NCBI GenBank assembly: GCA_963675745.2 | Contig: CAXXWX010000013.1 | Span: 1 to 64,000, forward strand | Direction: 5' to 3' | Length of the DNA stretch: 64,000 nucleotides | DNA from: Phycisphaerae bacterium | GTDB taxonomy: Bacteria; Planctomycetota; Phycisphaerae; UBA1845; Fen-1342 | Part shown: positions 55,369 to 64,000 of the stretch, piece by piece | Numbering within the stretch: the stretch's first letter is position 1 | Layout of the letters: each line of letters opens with the position of its first letter | Translations under genes and position numbers: made by a program | The notes under the pieces: generated by a model | Seen by the model: the letters and a program-made list of their open reading frames with translations, nothing else | The model's database searches: none | What the model was told of the DNA's origin: nothing

Positions 55369-56298
55369 ATGCAAGCGGGAACCATACTGCACGTGTGCCT
55401 TTCGCCCCGGAAGGGGATCGCGAAGACCGCCGTGGCGACGGCCACGCTCATAGCCGAGCGCGGCATGGAAGGGGACGTACACGCCGGCGACTGGCATCGA
55501 CAACTGAGCCTGCTGGATGAGGCCGAAATCGAGACGATGCGCGTCAAAGGGCTGGATCTGGCGCCCGGGGCCTTCGGCGAGAACCTGGTCATCCGGGGCC
55601 TTGAGCTGGGCGACCTCGGGATCGGTTCGCGGCTGCGCGCCGGCGACGTAGAGCTTGAGATCACGCAGATCGGAAAGGTGTGCCATAGCCGCTGCGCGAT
55701 CTATGACCGTGTCGGTGACTGTATCATGCCGCGCGCGGGTATCTTTGCACGCGTCCTGCGCGCTGGAGAAATCGCACCAGGCCTGCCGATCGAGATTGCC
55801 GAACTGGTTCCGCGCTCGGCGATCCAGGTCGGCGTGCTGACAGTCTCGGACAGCCGGGCTGCGGGCCGCGCCGAGGACACCACGGGGCCCGCGGTCGCGC
55901 GACTCGTCAGCGATCGGCTTGGCGCGCACGTGGCGTGGTCCGGCGTGGTCGCCGATGAGGCCGGCGACATATCTGATACGCTCAGGAACCTGGCGGAGCG
56001 TAATCTCGATCTCGCCATCACGGCGGGGGGGACCGGGTTTGGCCCGCGCGACGTCACTCCGGAAGCCACGCGCGCCGTAATCGACCGCGAGGCACCGGGG
56101 CTGGCCGAGGCCATGCGCGCCGCGTCTCTTGCCGTGACCAGTCACGCCATGCTCCAGCGCGGCGTGTGTGGAATCCGCGGCGCGATGCTGATTGTCAATC
56201 TGCCCGGTAGCGAGAAAGCCGCCGTCGAGAATCTCACTGAAATCCTGGCGGCGCTGCCTCACGCGGTGCGCCTGCTTCGGGGTGAGATGGTGCATTGA
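55369..56298 (+). CDS. MOSC domain-MogA/MoaB fusion protein
   Basis: GDVHAG..RQLSLL, GAFGENL, TQIGKVCH..CIMPRAG; then LTVSD, GGTGFGPRDVTPEAT, NLPGS. Confidence 0.88.
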   Translation: MQAGTILHVCLSPRKGIAKTAVATATLIAERGMEGDVHAGDWHRQLSLLDEAEIETMRVKGLDLAPGAFGENLVIRGLELGDLGIGSRLRAGDVELEITQIGKVCHSRCAIYDRVGDCIMPRAGIFARVLRAGEIAPGLPIEIAELVPRSAIQVGVLTVSDSRAAGRAEDTTGPAVARLVSDRLGAHVAWSGVVADEAGDISDTLRNLAERNLDLAITAGGTGFGPRDVTPEATRAVIDREAPGLAEAMRAASLAVTSHAMLQRGVCGIRGAMLIVNLPGSEKAAVENLTEILAALPHAVRLLRGEMVH

Positions 56299-56356
56299 AG
56301 CATCACTGGTGCTTTGCGTGGCAGCCGGGATCCGGAGAGAATGCGGGCCCGCAGAA

Positions 56357-56385
56357 AACGTCCGACTCGGGGGTCGGATGCTACC
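56357..56385 (-). repeat. GTAG-type REP, copy 2
   Basis: Reverse complement ggtagcatccgacccccgagtcggacgtt. Confidence 0.75.
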
Positions 56386-56406
56386 GGGTTTTGGCGGTGT
56401 ACGCGT

Positions 56407-57006
56407 CTACCAGACTTCCGCGATCTCCTGTTGGAGCCGGCGCAGGCGCGTCAGCACGCGTTTCTTGTACACGTAGACGGCGTTCTTTGAAATGCCGAGG
56501 TGGTCGGCTACCTTCTCGGGAGGCCAGGCGTCCATCGTATACAGTTTGAAGGCCTGGAATGTCTTGTCGTCGACCTCGCGGCGGACTTCACGCAGACACT
56601 CATTCATCACGCCGCGCTCCCACTCCTCGTCGAAAATGTCGGCAATCTCCGCCTCGTCGGGAACGCGATTCAGGAACTTCGTGACGCCGGTCTGGTCGAT
56701 GACCTGTACTTCGCGGTTGCCCTGGCGGCGCCAGGCCTGGCGAATCTTGTTGAACACGATTCCCTGAAGCCAGTGTCGCAAGCGGCCGCGCTCGCGGTCG
56801 TACTTTCCGTCGCGATAGCTTTCCATGAAGACCATCAGCGTCTCCTGGATCACGTCGCGCCCATCATGTTCGCTCAGGCCGGCGCGGCGGGCGCAAGCCA
56901 TCAGCATCGGCTCGTAGCGCCGCATGAACTGCTGCCAGGCCTCGCTGTTATCGTGATCGCGCAAGCCCTGCAGCAACGCCGTGCTGGTTACCGTCTTGAC
57001 ATCCAC
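56407..57006 (-). CDS. ECF sigma-70 factor, paralog of 9318-9938
   Basis: GAGGAG RBS before GTG; TSTALLQGLR, YRDGKYDRERGRLRHWL, VADHLGISKNAVY. Confidence 0.9.
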   Translation of the reverse strand: MDVKTVTSTALLQGLRDHDNSEAWQQFMRRYEPMLMACARRAGLSEHDGRDVIQETLMVFMESYRDGKYDRERGRLRHWLQGIVFNKIRQAWRRQGNREVQVIDQTGVTKFLNRVPDEAEIADIFDEEWERGVMNECLREVRREVDDKTFQAFKLYTMDAWPPEKVADHLGISKNAVYVYKKRVLTRLRRLQQEIAEVW

Positions 57007-57123
57007 ACCTTGAACTCCTCGAAGTGTACCGGTGCGGGCGGCGCCCGGAGGGAGCCCATTATAACCCTTCAACCGGTTACATGCGCGCGGACCTGCATCG
57101 TCAGACGCGCGCGTTGAGCCGGG

Positions 57124-58581
57124 TCAGGCCTCGATGCGGCCGAAGAGCGTCAGGGCCGTGGCCATTTCGATTCGCACGCGCACCAGAGTTCCGATGTGGC
57201 GCTGTTCGCCGGGGAAGACCGTGATGACATCATGTGGCGTACGGCCGACAAGCTGATTGGCTTTCGCATTGGTTGCCTCGGTACCGCGGTCCTGCTCAGA
57301 TGCCGGCAGCACACTCGCCTCCCGGGACTGCCGGGCGCGCCGGGCGACTTTGCTGTAACACTCGACAAGCACTTCGACGGTTTGGCCGATGAGCGCGCGT
57401 TTCTGCCGTTCCATTATCTCCATCTGGGTGGCAAGCAGATCGCGGTTACGGCGCACCTTGACTTCCGTGGGCACGTCGTCAACCTGACGCCGGTCGGCCG
57501 CCGTGCCGGGACGCGGGGAGTACTTGAAGACGAAGATCTGCTTGTATTCAACGCGACGGACGAGATCCAGCGTGCGCTGAAAGTCGGTTTCGGTCTCGCC
57601 GCTGAACCCGACGATGAAATCGCCGGCCAGCGCGATATCGGGCACATAACGCCGCGCCGTATCCATGAGCCGCAGGTACTCGTCGGCGGTATACGCCCGG
57701 TGCATGGCTTCGAGAATCCGGTCCGATCCGCTCTGAGCCGGGATGTGCAGGTATGGACAGATGCGGGGGCAGTCCTGCATTACTCGAAAGATATCCTCGT
57801 CCCAGTCGGCGGGATAGCTGGTCACAAAGCGCAGACGCGCCACACCATCGATTGCATGCACACGTTCGAGTAATTCAGCAAAACGCACCGGCCGTCCATC
57901 TTGCTGGTGTACGTACGAATTCACGGTTTGTCCGAGCAGCGTGATCTCGCGGCAGCCGTTATCCACCAGCCGCCGTACCTCCTCAACAATGCGCGACGGG
58001 GGCCGGCTGCGTTCGGGGCCGCGTGTGAACGGCACCACGCAGTAGGTGCAGAACTTGTCGCACCCGCGTTGCACGCGCACGTATGACTGGAGCAGGTTCT
58101 CATTCGGGCTTGCCGACCGGGATTGATCCAGGGCTTCCAGTCGATCGGCTTCGAGCGCGCGGTCCACCGCGGCCGTGCGCCTTGTTTGATTGCCGGACAG
58201 GGCCGATACCGGTCGGCGATGTTGGCGGTGCTCGTCGAGCAGGGCGGGCAGCTGGTCAAGCTCACCGGGACCGCACAGAAGATCGACGTGCGGCGCCTTG
58301 GCAAACAGCGCCTCTCTTTCACGCTCGGCCATGCAGCCGATGACGCCGAGCACGACCTCCGGTCGCCGTTGCTTGAGATCTCTGAGCTGTCCCAGCCGCG
58401 AATAAACCTTGTCTTCGGCGTGTTGGCGGACACTGCACGTGTTGAACAGAATCACATCCGCCTGATGATGTGAATCAACGCGGCTCAGTCCGTGCTCGCG
58501 CAATTGCCCCTCGACGAGCTGGCTGTCCAGCACGTTCATCTGGCAGCCGAATGTTTCGAGGTAGTACGTCCCGGCCGTCAC
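57124..58581 (-). CDS. miaB: tRNA-2-methylthio-N6-dimethylallyladenosine synthase MiaB
   Basis: TFGCQMNVLDS, NTCSVR, GCMAE, GCDKFCTYCVVP, LLGQTVNSY, QSGSD, YSPRPGT, TRAM domain. Confidence 0.95.
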   Translation of the reverse strand: MTAGTYYLETFGCQMNVLDSQLVEGQLREHGLSRVDSHHQADVILFNTCSVRQHAEDKVYSRLGQLRDLKQRRPEVVLGVIGCMAEREREALFAKAPHVDLLCGPGELDQLPALLDEHRQHRRPVSALSGNQTRRTAAVDRALEADRLEALDQSRSASPNENLLQSYVRVQRGCDKFCTYCVVPFTRGPERSRPPSRIVEEVRRLVDNGCREITLLGQTVNSYVHQQDGRPVRFAELLERVHAIDGVARLRFVTSYPADWDEDIFRVMQDCPRICPYLHIPAQSGSDRILEAMHRAYTADEYLRLMDTARRYVPDIALAGDFIVGFSGETETDFQRTLDLVRRVEYKQIFVFKYSPRPGTAADRRQVDDVPTEVKVRRNRDLLATQMEIMERQKRALIGQTVEVLVECYSKVARRARQSREASVLPASEQDRGTEATNAKANQLVGRTPHDVITVFPGEQRHIGTLVRVRIEMATALTLFGRIEA

Positions 58582-58646
58582 GCGCGGGCCTCCATTTTGC
58601 CACGGCGCGCCGCGGCGTGTGACGCCTTGCCCCCCGGATGGGCGTG

Positions 58647-59489
58647 TTACTGATCTGGTTGCGACGGTTTCTCGCCGGGCTCAGCGCTGCTGTTCGCGTC
58701 TTCGTCCTTGTCGTCGGCCTGATCTTCGCGCGCCAGCCGTTCCGCGTGCTCCTTGACAGGATTATCGAAGCCCTTTTCATTGCACAGCTCTTCGACGATC
58801 TCGTCAAACTTGCGCACCTTCTGATTGTCGAGTCGCAGGCGTTTCTCCCGCGCGCCGACACGATGATAAAGGTCAATCCACCCCTTTGGGCTGTAGTCCC
58901 GCAACGACACCATGTCCTCGAAGCGAATGAGGCGGCCCGCATAGGTCATACCTTCGTCATCGATGATGACGCGCAGGCTGACCGCGCGGTACAGCTTCCA
59001 GGCGAACAGCAGCAGCACCGCGCCACAGAACAGAGCACAATAGAGCTGCATCTTGATTTCGCCGGGGCCCTTGAACCACGCACGCCACTCGATCTGCTTT
59101 GGCAACACGGTTCCGCCGCGAATCAGGACGATGACCTCCCCGTATTTGCCGGCGTAGTACTGGTACTCCTCGCCGGTGGGTCGCCTATCGGTGTGGAGCG
59201 GCTGACCCAGCATATCGCGGACCTGCTGAGGCAATCTGGGTTGGGCGGCGATGAGCTGATCGTAGTCGGACTTGAGTGGCCGGTCGGGCAGGCCATCGAC
59301 CAGCTCCGCCGCCGCGTGCTCGTCCAATTCCAGCAGGGCCCCAAGCTGGGCGATCGCCTGGTGACGGTTCTCGCCTGGATAGCCGAATAGCCAGTCGTAG
59401 GCGAAATAGCCCCCCAGGCCCAGGCAGATTATGACCACGATCAGGGCATAATTCCGATCGCCGCCGGCTGGTCCGCTTTCTAGTCTCAT
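58647..59489 (-). CDS. Hypothetical two-TM membrane protein
   Basis: Two hydrophobic helices (GGYFAYDWLFGYP), acidic tail, host-like codon usage. Confidence 0.65.
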   Translation of the reverse strand: MRLESGPAGGDRNYALIVVIICLGLGGYFAYDWLFGYPGENRHQAIAQLGALLELDEHAAAELVDGLPDRPLKSDYDQLIAAQPRLPQQVRDMLGQPLHTDRRPTGEEYQYYAGKYGEVIVLIRGGTVLPKQIEWRAWFKGPGEIKMQLYCALFCGAVLLLFAWKLYRAVSLRVIIDDEGMTYAGRLIRFEDMVSLRDYSPKGWIDLYHRVGAREKRLRLDNQKVRKFDEIVEELCNEKGFDNPVKEHAERLAREDQADDKDEDANSSAEPGEKPSQPDQ

Positions 59490-60012
59490 AATCGCAATCC
59501 CCACATTCTCGTCAGCGTGCGGCGTTGCGACACGCCAACCGCAACACCGACTTGCCAGGATTTGTGAAGTGCATGTCGAATACCACATTATGCCCGCGTC
59601 TGGGCGATCTGTCAGCGGCCGGCGATATTTTTGCGCCCGGCAGCCTGGGCCGACAGGCGGCAACCTGGAGATTCTATCGAGGCAAGCGCGGGGGCCCAGC
59701 TTTCAGGCCATGCCCGCAGATTTCTATCGGCTGCCGTGTGGCCGTGCTGGTGTGTTACGCCGCGTCAATTCCGGACAGAACGCGCGGGGTATTCCATGGT
59801 TATAGGACCATGGGGCCGGTCTGATTGCACGGGCTGCGCGCTGCCTCCGCTTCACCGGATTCCGACCACGCCGACTCATGTGCCGAGGCGCCACGCACGA
59901 TAACCAGCATGGGTGATGTGCCCGGATTCTCGCTATGTCGGGCCAGTGCCCGGTGCGGGCGTTGCGCCCTGAGTCGGGCGCCTGCGCCCGGCGTCAAGCT
60001 AGGAGGCTCCAG

Positions 60013-60486
60013 ATGGACAGCGTGGCTGGCAGCACGCACGCCCGGTCAGGCACGCTCACCGGCAAATTCCTCACCCTGAGCCTGGCTGATCGCGACTACG
60101 GCGTCAGTATTCGCAAGGTGCGCGAGATCATCGGCATGACAGATATCACCGTCGTGCCGCGCATGCCGCCGCACGTGATGGGGGTCATTAGTCTACGTGG
60201 CAAAGCGATTCCGGTGGTGGATCTACGCTCGGTATTCAGGATGGCGCGGGCCGCGTACACCGAGCAGACCTGCATCGTGATTGTCGGACCCGATCCGTTG
60301 ATCGGCGTCATAGTTGACGCGGTGCGCGAGGTGTTCTCCATCGAGACTGAACAGATTGCCCCGCCACAGCCAGGTGTCGGCGGTGACGCGCGTTTCGTCA
60401 CGGGCACCGCAAAACTCGATGATCGCGTGAGATTCCTGCTCGATATCGACGCCCTGCTCGATATGAGCATCGAGAACGATCTTTGA
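60013..60486 (+). CDS. cheW: Chemotaxis adaptor CheW
   Basis: AGGAGG RBS; KFLTLSL..YGVSIRKVREII, GVISLRGKAIPVVDLR, GVIVDAVREV. Confidence 0.92.
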   Translation: MDSVAGSTHARSGTLTGKFLTLSLADRDYGVSIRKVREIIGMTDITVVPRMPPHVMGVISLRGKAIPVVDLRSVFRMARAAYTEQTCIVIVGPDPLIGVIVDAVREVFSIETEQIAPPQPGVGGDARFVTGTAKLDDRVRFLLDIDALLDMSIENDL

Positions 60487-60543
60487 TTCTCCGGCCCGGC
60501 TATGCCTGGTCGGGCGGCGGCATCACTGAGTCAGGATGCTTTC

Positions 60544-61021
60544 ATGGACCGTGTCGTTGACATCGCGGATATGGCGGTAACGAGCGAAGATGATACTTCG
60601 CTGGTGACCTACTCACTCGGCAGTTGCATCGGCCTGGCAATCTGGGATCCAGTCGCAAAGGTCGGCGGGCTGCTGCACTACATGTTGCCCGAGGGCGAAG
60701 GTCTCACCCGAGAAGGCCAAGATCAGTCCGGCGATGTTCGGCGACACGGGCATCCCACAGTTGTTCCGCGCCGCCTATGAGCTCGGCGCGGCAAAGAAAC
60801 GCCTGGTGGTCAAGGTCGCGGGCGGATCGCGGCTACTCGATGACACCGGGCCGTTCAACATCGGCAAACGCAACTACCTGGCCCTGCGCAAAATCTTCTG
60901 GAAGAACGGTGTGGCGATCGATGCCGAGGACGTCGGCGGATTCGAAAGCCGCACGATCAGGCTGGATGTCGGGAGCGGGGCCGTATCGGTCGAATGCCGT
61001 GACGGTGAGGTGGTGTTATGA
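60544..61021 (+). CDS. cheD: Chemoreceptor glutamine deamidase CheD (+1 frameshift near 60694)
   Basis: TYSLGSCIG..GGLLHYMLP, then KVAGG, NIGKRN, EDVGGFESRT. Confidence 0.88.
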
Positions 61022-61872
61022 CGGTCAAGAGCATGGACGAAATCCTCGATCGCGTCGAACACCTGCCACGCCTGCAAGATACCGCAACGCGTCTGATCGC
61101 GGTGGTGGCGGACCCGACCAGCACGCTCGAGCAGATTGTGGAGACGATTCGCTACGACCAGACCGTCACCGCCCAGATCTTGCGACTGTGCAACTCGGCC
61201 TACTTCGGGCTCGTACGGCGTCTCTCATCGATCGACGAGGCCATTCGCTACATCGGCACGACCAAGGTCCTGCAGATGGTCATGGCCGTACACACGCAAA
61301 GCCTGCTGACCAGGCCACAGGAAGGCTACGGTTTGCCGCCGGGAGTGCTATGGCTGCACTCGGTCGGCGTGGCATTGGGCAGCCAGATGTTGGCACAGCG
61401 CTTCGGCATAACCCAAGTGGGAATGGTCTTCACATCCGGCCTGCTGCACGACGTTGGCAAGACGGTGCTGAATGAGTTCGTCGCGGCCGACTACGCCGAA
61501 ATCGCACGTATCGTCGCTGATGACGGTGTGTCATTCGTTGAGGCCGAACAGTCCGTCCTGGGCTTCACTCATCCTGAAATCGGCGAGCGCATGGCTGAAA
61601 TCTGGAACCTGCCAGAGAGCATCGCCAGGGCCGTGCGCTATCACCATGAGCCGGGTACTCCCGAGCAACCCGACCGGCTTATCGATGCCGTCCATCTGGC
61701 GGATTCGATCTGTAGACTCGTCGGTGTGGGGTGTGGCCACGACGGGCTGCTGAATCGCGCCGACCTGGCCACCATGGAGCGGCACGGATTGACCGAAACT
61801 GATCTTGAGAGCCTCGGTGCCGACATGGTGATCGAGCTGAAGGCGGTCCAGAAGCTCTTTGCCTTCGGCTAA
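61018..61872 (+). CDS. HDOD domain protein
   Basis: LPRL, DQTVTAQILRLCNSAYFG, LWLHS, GLLHDVGK, HPEIG..WNLP, YHHEP. Confidence 0.9.
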   Translation: MTVKSMDEILDRVEHLPRLQDTATRLIAVVADPTSTLEQIVETIRYDQTVTAQILRLCNSAYFGLVRRLSSIDEAIRYIGTTKVLQMVMAVHTQSLLTRPQEGYGLPPGVLWLHSVGVALGSQMLAQRFGITQVGMVFTSGLLHDVGKTVLNEFVAADYAEIARIVADDGVSFVEAEQSVLGFTHPEIGERMAEIWNLPESIARAVRYHHEPGTPEQPDRLIDAVHLADSICRLVGVGCGHDGLLNRADLATMERHGLTETDLESLGADMVIELKAVQKLFAFG

Positions 61873-61947
61873 GCCACCCGTCAACGGTGACAACAACGCC
61901 CGCCGCTTGCGACCTTACCGTATGGTGTTTTATCCACGCCCAGCCGG

Positions 61948-61975
61948 TTGACGCGTAAAGGCTAATCCATAGTAT
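61948..61975 (+). promoter_or_regulatory. Putative sigma70 promoter for tyrS
   Basis: TTGACG-N16-TAGTAT. Confidence 0.5.
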
Positions 61976-62072
61976 CGTTGCGACGCCCCGTGAATTATCA
62001 CGTGCCACCAGCCGCGCCGGCGAGATTGGCCGTCTGGGCCGGGCGTCAGAATCACCAGGCCGGGACACTCAT

Positions 62073-63362
62073 ATGCCAGACATCAGTTTCCTCGACGACC
62101 TCGAACAGCGCGGTTTGATCCACCAGACTTCCTCGCCCGCGCTCGCACAAGCGCTGCACCAGGGTGCGCTGACCGGCTATATCGGGTTTGACCCGACCGC
62201 CGACAGCTTGCACGTCGGCAGCCTCTTGCCGCTGGTCACGCTCCGACGTTTCCAGCTCGCCGGCCACAAACCCATCGGCCTCGTGGGCGGCGGCACCGGT
62301 CTGATTGGCGACCCCAGCGGCCGCGAGTCCGAGCGCACGCTGCAAACGCGCGAACAGATCGAGGCCAATCTGGCCGGCATCCGCGCCCAGGTCGAGCGCT
62401 TCCTGGACTTCGACCGCGGAGCATTGCTGGTAAACAACGCCGAGTGGCTCTGTGAACTGAAGTTAGTCGAGTTCCTGCGCGACATCGGCAAACACTTCTC
62501 CATCAACCAGATGATCGTCCGCGACTCGGTTCGGATGCGGCTGGAAACGCGCGAGCAGGGCCTCTCGTTCACCGAGTTCACCTATATGCTGCTCCAGGCC
62601 TATGACTTCCTGGCGCTTTACGATCGCTGCGGCTGTACGTTGCAGCTCGGCGGCAGCGATCAGTGGGGCAACATCCTCTCCGGGGCCGACCTGATCCGGC
62701 GTCTACGCGATGTGGAGGCCTTCGGGCTGACCATGCCGCTGGTCACGCGCGCTGATGGCAAGAAATTCGGCAAGTCCGAGGAAGGCAACGTCTGGCTCGA
62801 TCCCCAGCGCACCAGTCCCTACCAGTTTTACCAGTTCTGGCTGAACGCGGATGACGGCGACGTCGTCAAATACCTGCGCCACTTCACGTTTCTCGCGCCG
62901 GACGAGATCGCCCAGGCCGAGCGGGCCGTCGCCGAATCTCCGCAGGAGCGCGCCGCTCAGAAGCTGCTGGCCGAGCAGCTCACGCGCATGGTGCACGGCG
63001 ATGACGCGCTGGCCCGCGCCCAACGCGCCACGGCGGCGTTGTTTGATAAGAATGCCGACTTCCGCGCCTTGTCCGAACAGGAGCTGCGCGAGGCGTTTCA
63101 AGGGGCGCCGACGTCGCCGATCCCCGCCGCGCATCTGGGTACCGACGATGCGAAGCTGGCCAAGGTTCTCGCCGAGGTCGGGCTCTATCCCTCACGCAGT
63201 CGGGCGCGCAAGGATCTGCCCGGCGGGGGGGTGTCGGTGAACAATCTCGTGGTGCGCGACGCCGAGCACGTGTTGGCCGAGACCGATGTGCTTGGCGGCG
63301 GGTTCGTGATTCTGCGCAAGGGCAAGAAGACTTATCACGTGTTGAGCGTTAGCCCGGGATAG
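62073..63362 (+). CDS. tyrS: Tyrosyl-tRNA synthetase
   Basis: YIGFDPTADSLHVGS, LQAYDF, QLGGSDQWGNI, KFGKS, S4-like tail RKGKK. Confidence 0.97.
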   Translation: MPDISFLDDLEQRGLIHQTSSPALAQALHQGALTGYIGFDPTADSLHVGSLLPLVTLRRFQLAGHKPIGLVGGGTGLIGDPSGRESERTLQTREQIEANLAGIRAQVERFLDFDRGALLVNNAEWLCELKLVEFLRDIGKHFSINQMIVRDSVRMRLETREQGLSFTEFTYMLLQAYDFLALYDRCGCTLQLGGSDQWGNILSGADLIRRLRDVEAFGLTMPLVTRADGKKFGKSEEGNVWLDPQRTSPYQFYQFWLNADDGDVVKYLRHFTFLAPDEIAQAERAVAESPQERAAQKLLAEQLTRMVHGDDALARAQRATAALFDKNADFRALSEQELREAFQGAPTSPIPAAHLGTDDAKLAKVLAEVGLYPSRSRARKDLPGGGVSVNNLVVRDAEHVLAETDVLGGGFVILRKGKKTYHVLSVSPG

Positions 63363-63466
63363 ACTTCCAGCCGGGCGCCGCGGCGCGTGCGCGCTTCGGC
63401 CAAGGCGTGAACTGAACCGGCCCGCGGCAGCGACTCCTTGCAGACCCACCGAGCTCAATAGCAGCT

Positions 63467-64000
63467 ATGTCCGGGAGACAGCATCAACATCAATCGCACC
63501 GGCGGCGCGCCACTCGCGCCGCCAAACGGCCCGGATCGCCGACCGCGCAGAGCATGCCGCCTGACCGGCGCCGCCGGCTGGACGGCGCCATCGCCGCGCG
63601 TGAGTCGCTCCTGTCCGACAAGTTGACCAACGCCTGCCGCGTGTTCAACGGCGTGCGCGATGGCATTGACGGGTTGGTCATCGAGCGCTTTGGCGATGTC
63701 CTCATCGCGCAACTGCATGAGGGACGCCTGACGCTGGACGAGCGTGAGGCGCGGGCCTGTTGTGCCCACGTGGCCGACCGGCTGGGCGCGCGCGCCGTCT
63801 ATCGCAAGATGTTCGCGCGCGACCGCACGGCGGCGCCACCCGCTGTTGATCAAGGCCATCACAATCCAGTGCCCTGGATCGGGACGGCTGTCGATGAAGA
63901 GATCGTGATTCATGAGCATGGCGCGCGCTACGTGATCAGGCCATATGACGGCTACTCGGTAGGGCTGTTCCTGGAACATCGTGAGAATCGGCGCCAGATC
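63467..64000 (+). CDS. RlmI/YwbD-like SAM-dependent rRNA methyltransferase, truncated by the window end (alternative start 63554)
   Basis: Open frame reads CRVFNGVRDGIDGLVIERFGD..EHGARY..GYSVGLFLEHRENRRQ. Confidence 0.8.
   Translation, partial: MSGRQHQHQSHRRRATRAAKRPGSPTAQSMPPDRRRRLDGAIAARESLLSDKLTNACRVFNGVRDGIDGLVIERFGDVLIAQLHEGRLTLDEREARACCAHVADRLGARAVYRKMFARDRTAAPPAVDQGHHNPVPWIGTAVDEEIVIHEHGARYVIRPYDGYSVGLFLEHRENRRQI

Noticed and set aside
61873..62072. T-box leader before tyrS
   Set aside because: No T-box consensus or terminator/antiterminator is visible, and the leader after the putative promoter is only about 90 nt.

Overview
GC-rich bacterial chromosomal segment, most likely from a planctomycete of class Phycisphaerae (inferred from the dockerin-type GDLNCDG C-terminal module, the GACC Cys module, a PEP-CTERM protein, GGCP lipoboxes and ECF-kinase pairing). 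About 50 CDS. These include T2SS gspF/gspG/gspH-like genes, two SF2 helicases, an S41 protease, an ECF sigma/zinc-finger Ser/Thr kinase-TPR module, alpha-2-macroglobulin, a fucose isomerase-like enzyme, a Kelch/C-lectin/dockerin protein, lpxI/lpxD, two TlpA thioredoxins, a Moco cluster (moaA, MOT1, moeA, moaC, MOSC-MogA), miaB, cheW/cheD/HDOD, tyrS and an rlmI-like gene. I recognised no rRNA, tRNA, CRISPR array, integrase, transposase or reverse transcriptase. The best leads are: (1) an identical bipartite motif TGAAAGGT-N13-CGCCAA upstream of both the PEP-CTERM gene and the kinase flanking the ECF sigma, suggesting a self-contained regulon; (2) a 134-aa lipoprotein whose last 87 residues include 35 Tyr and 32 Asp/Glu; (3) an accessory segment (43.9-48.1 kb) with a REP-abutted 105-bp duplication of a beta-barrel gene end, a stand-alone V4R protein coupled to a soluble histidine kinase, and a truncated response regulator; (4) several GTAG-type REP/REPIN-like families with compensatory stem changes. 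Five genes carry seven single-base insertions that look like long-read assembly errors. All calls come from reading the sequence; no database searches were run.
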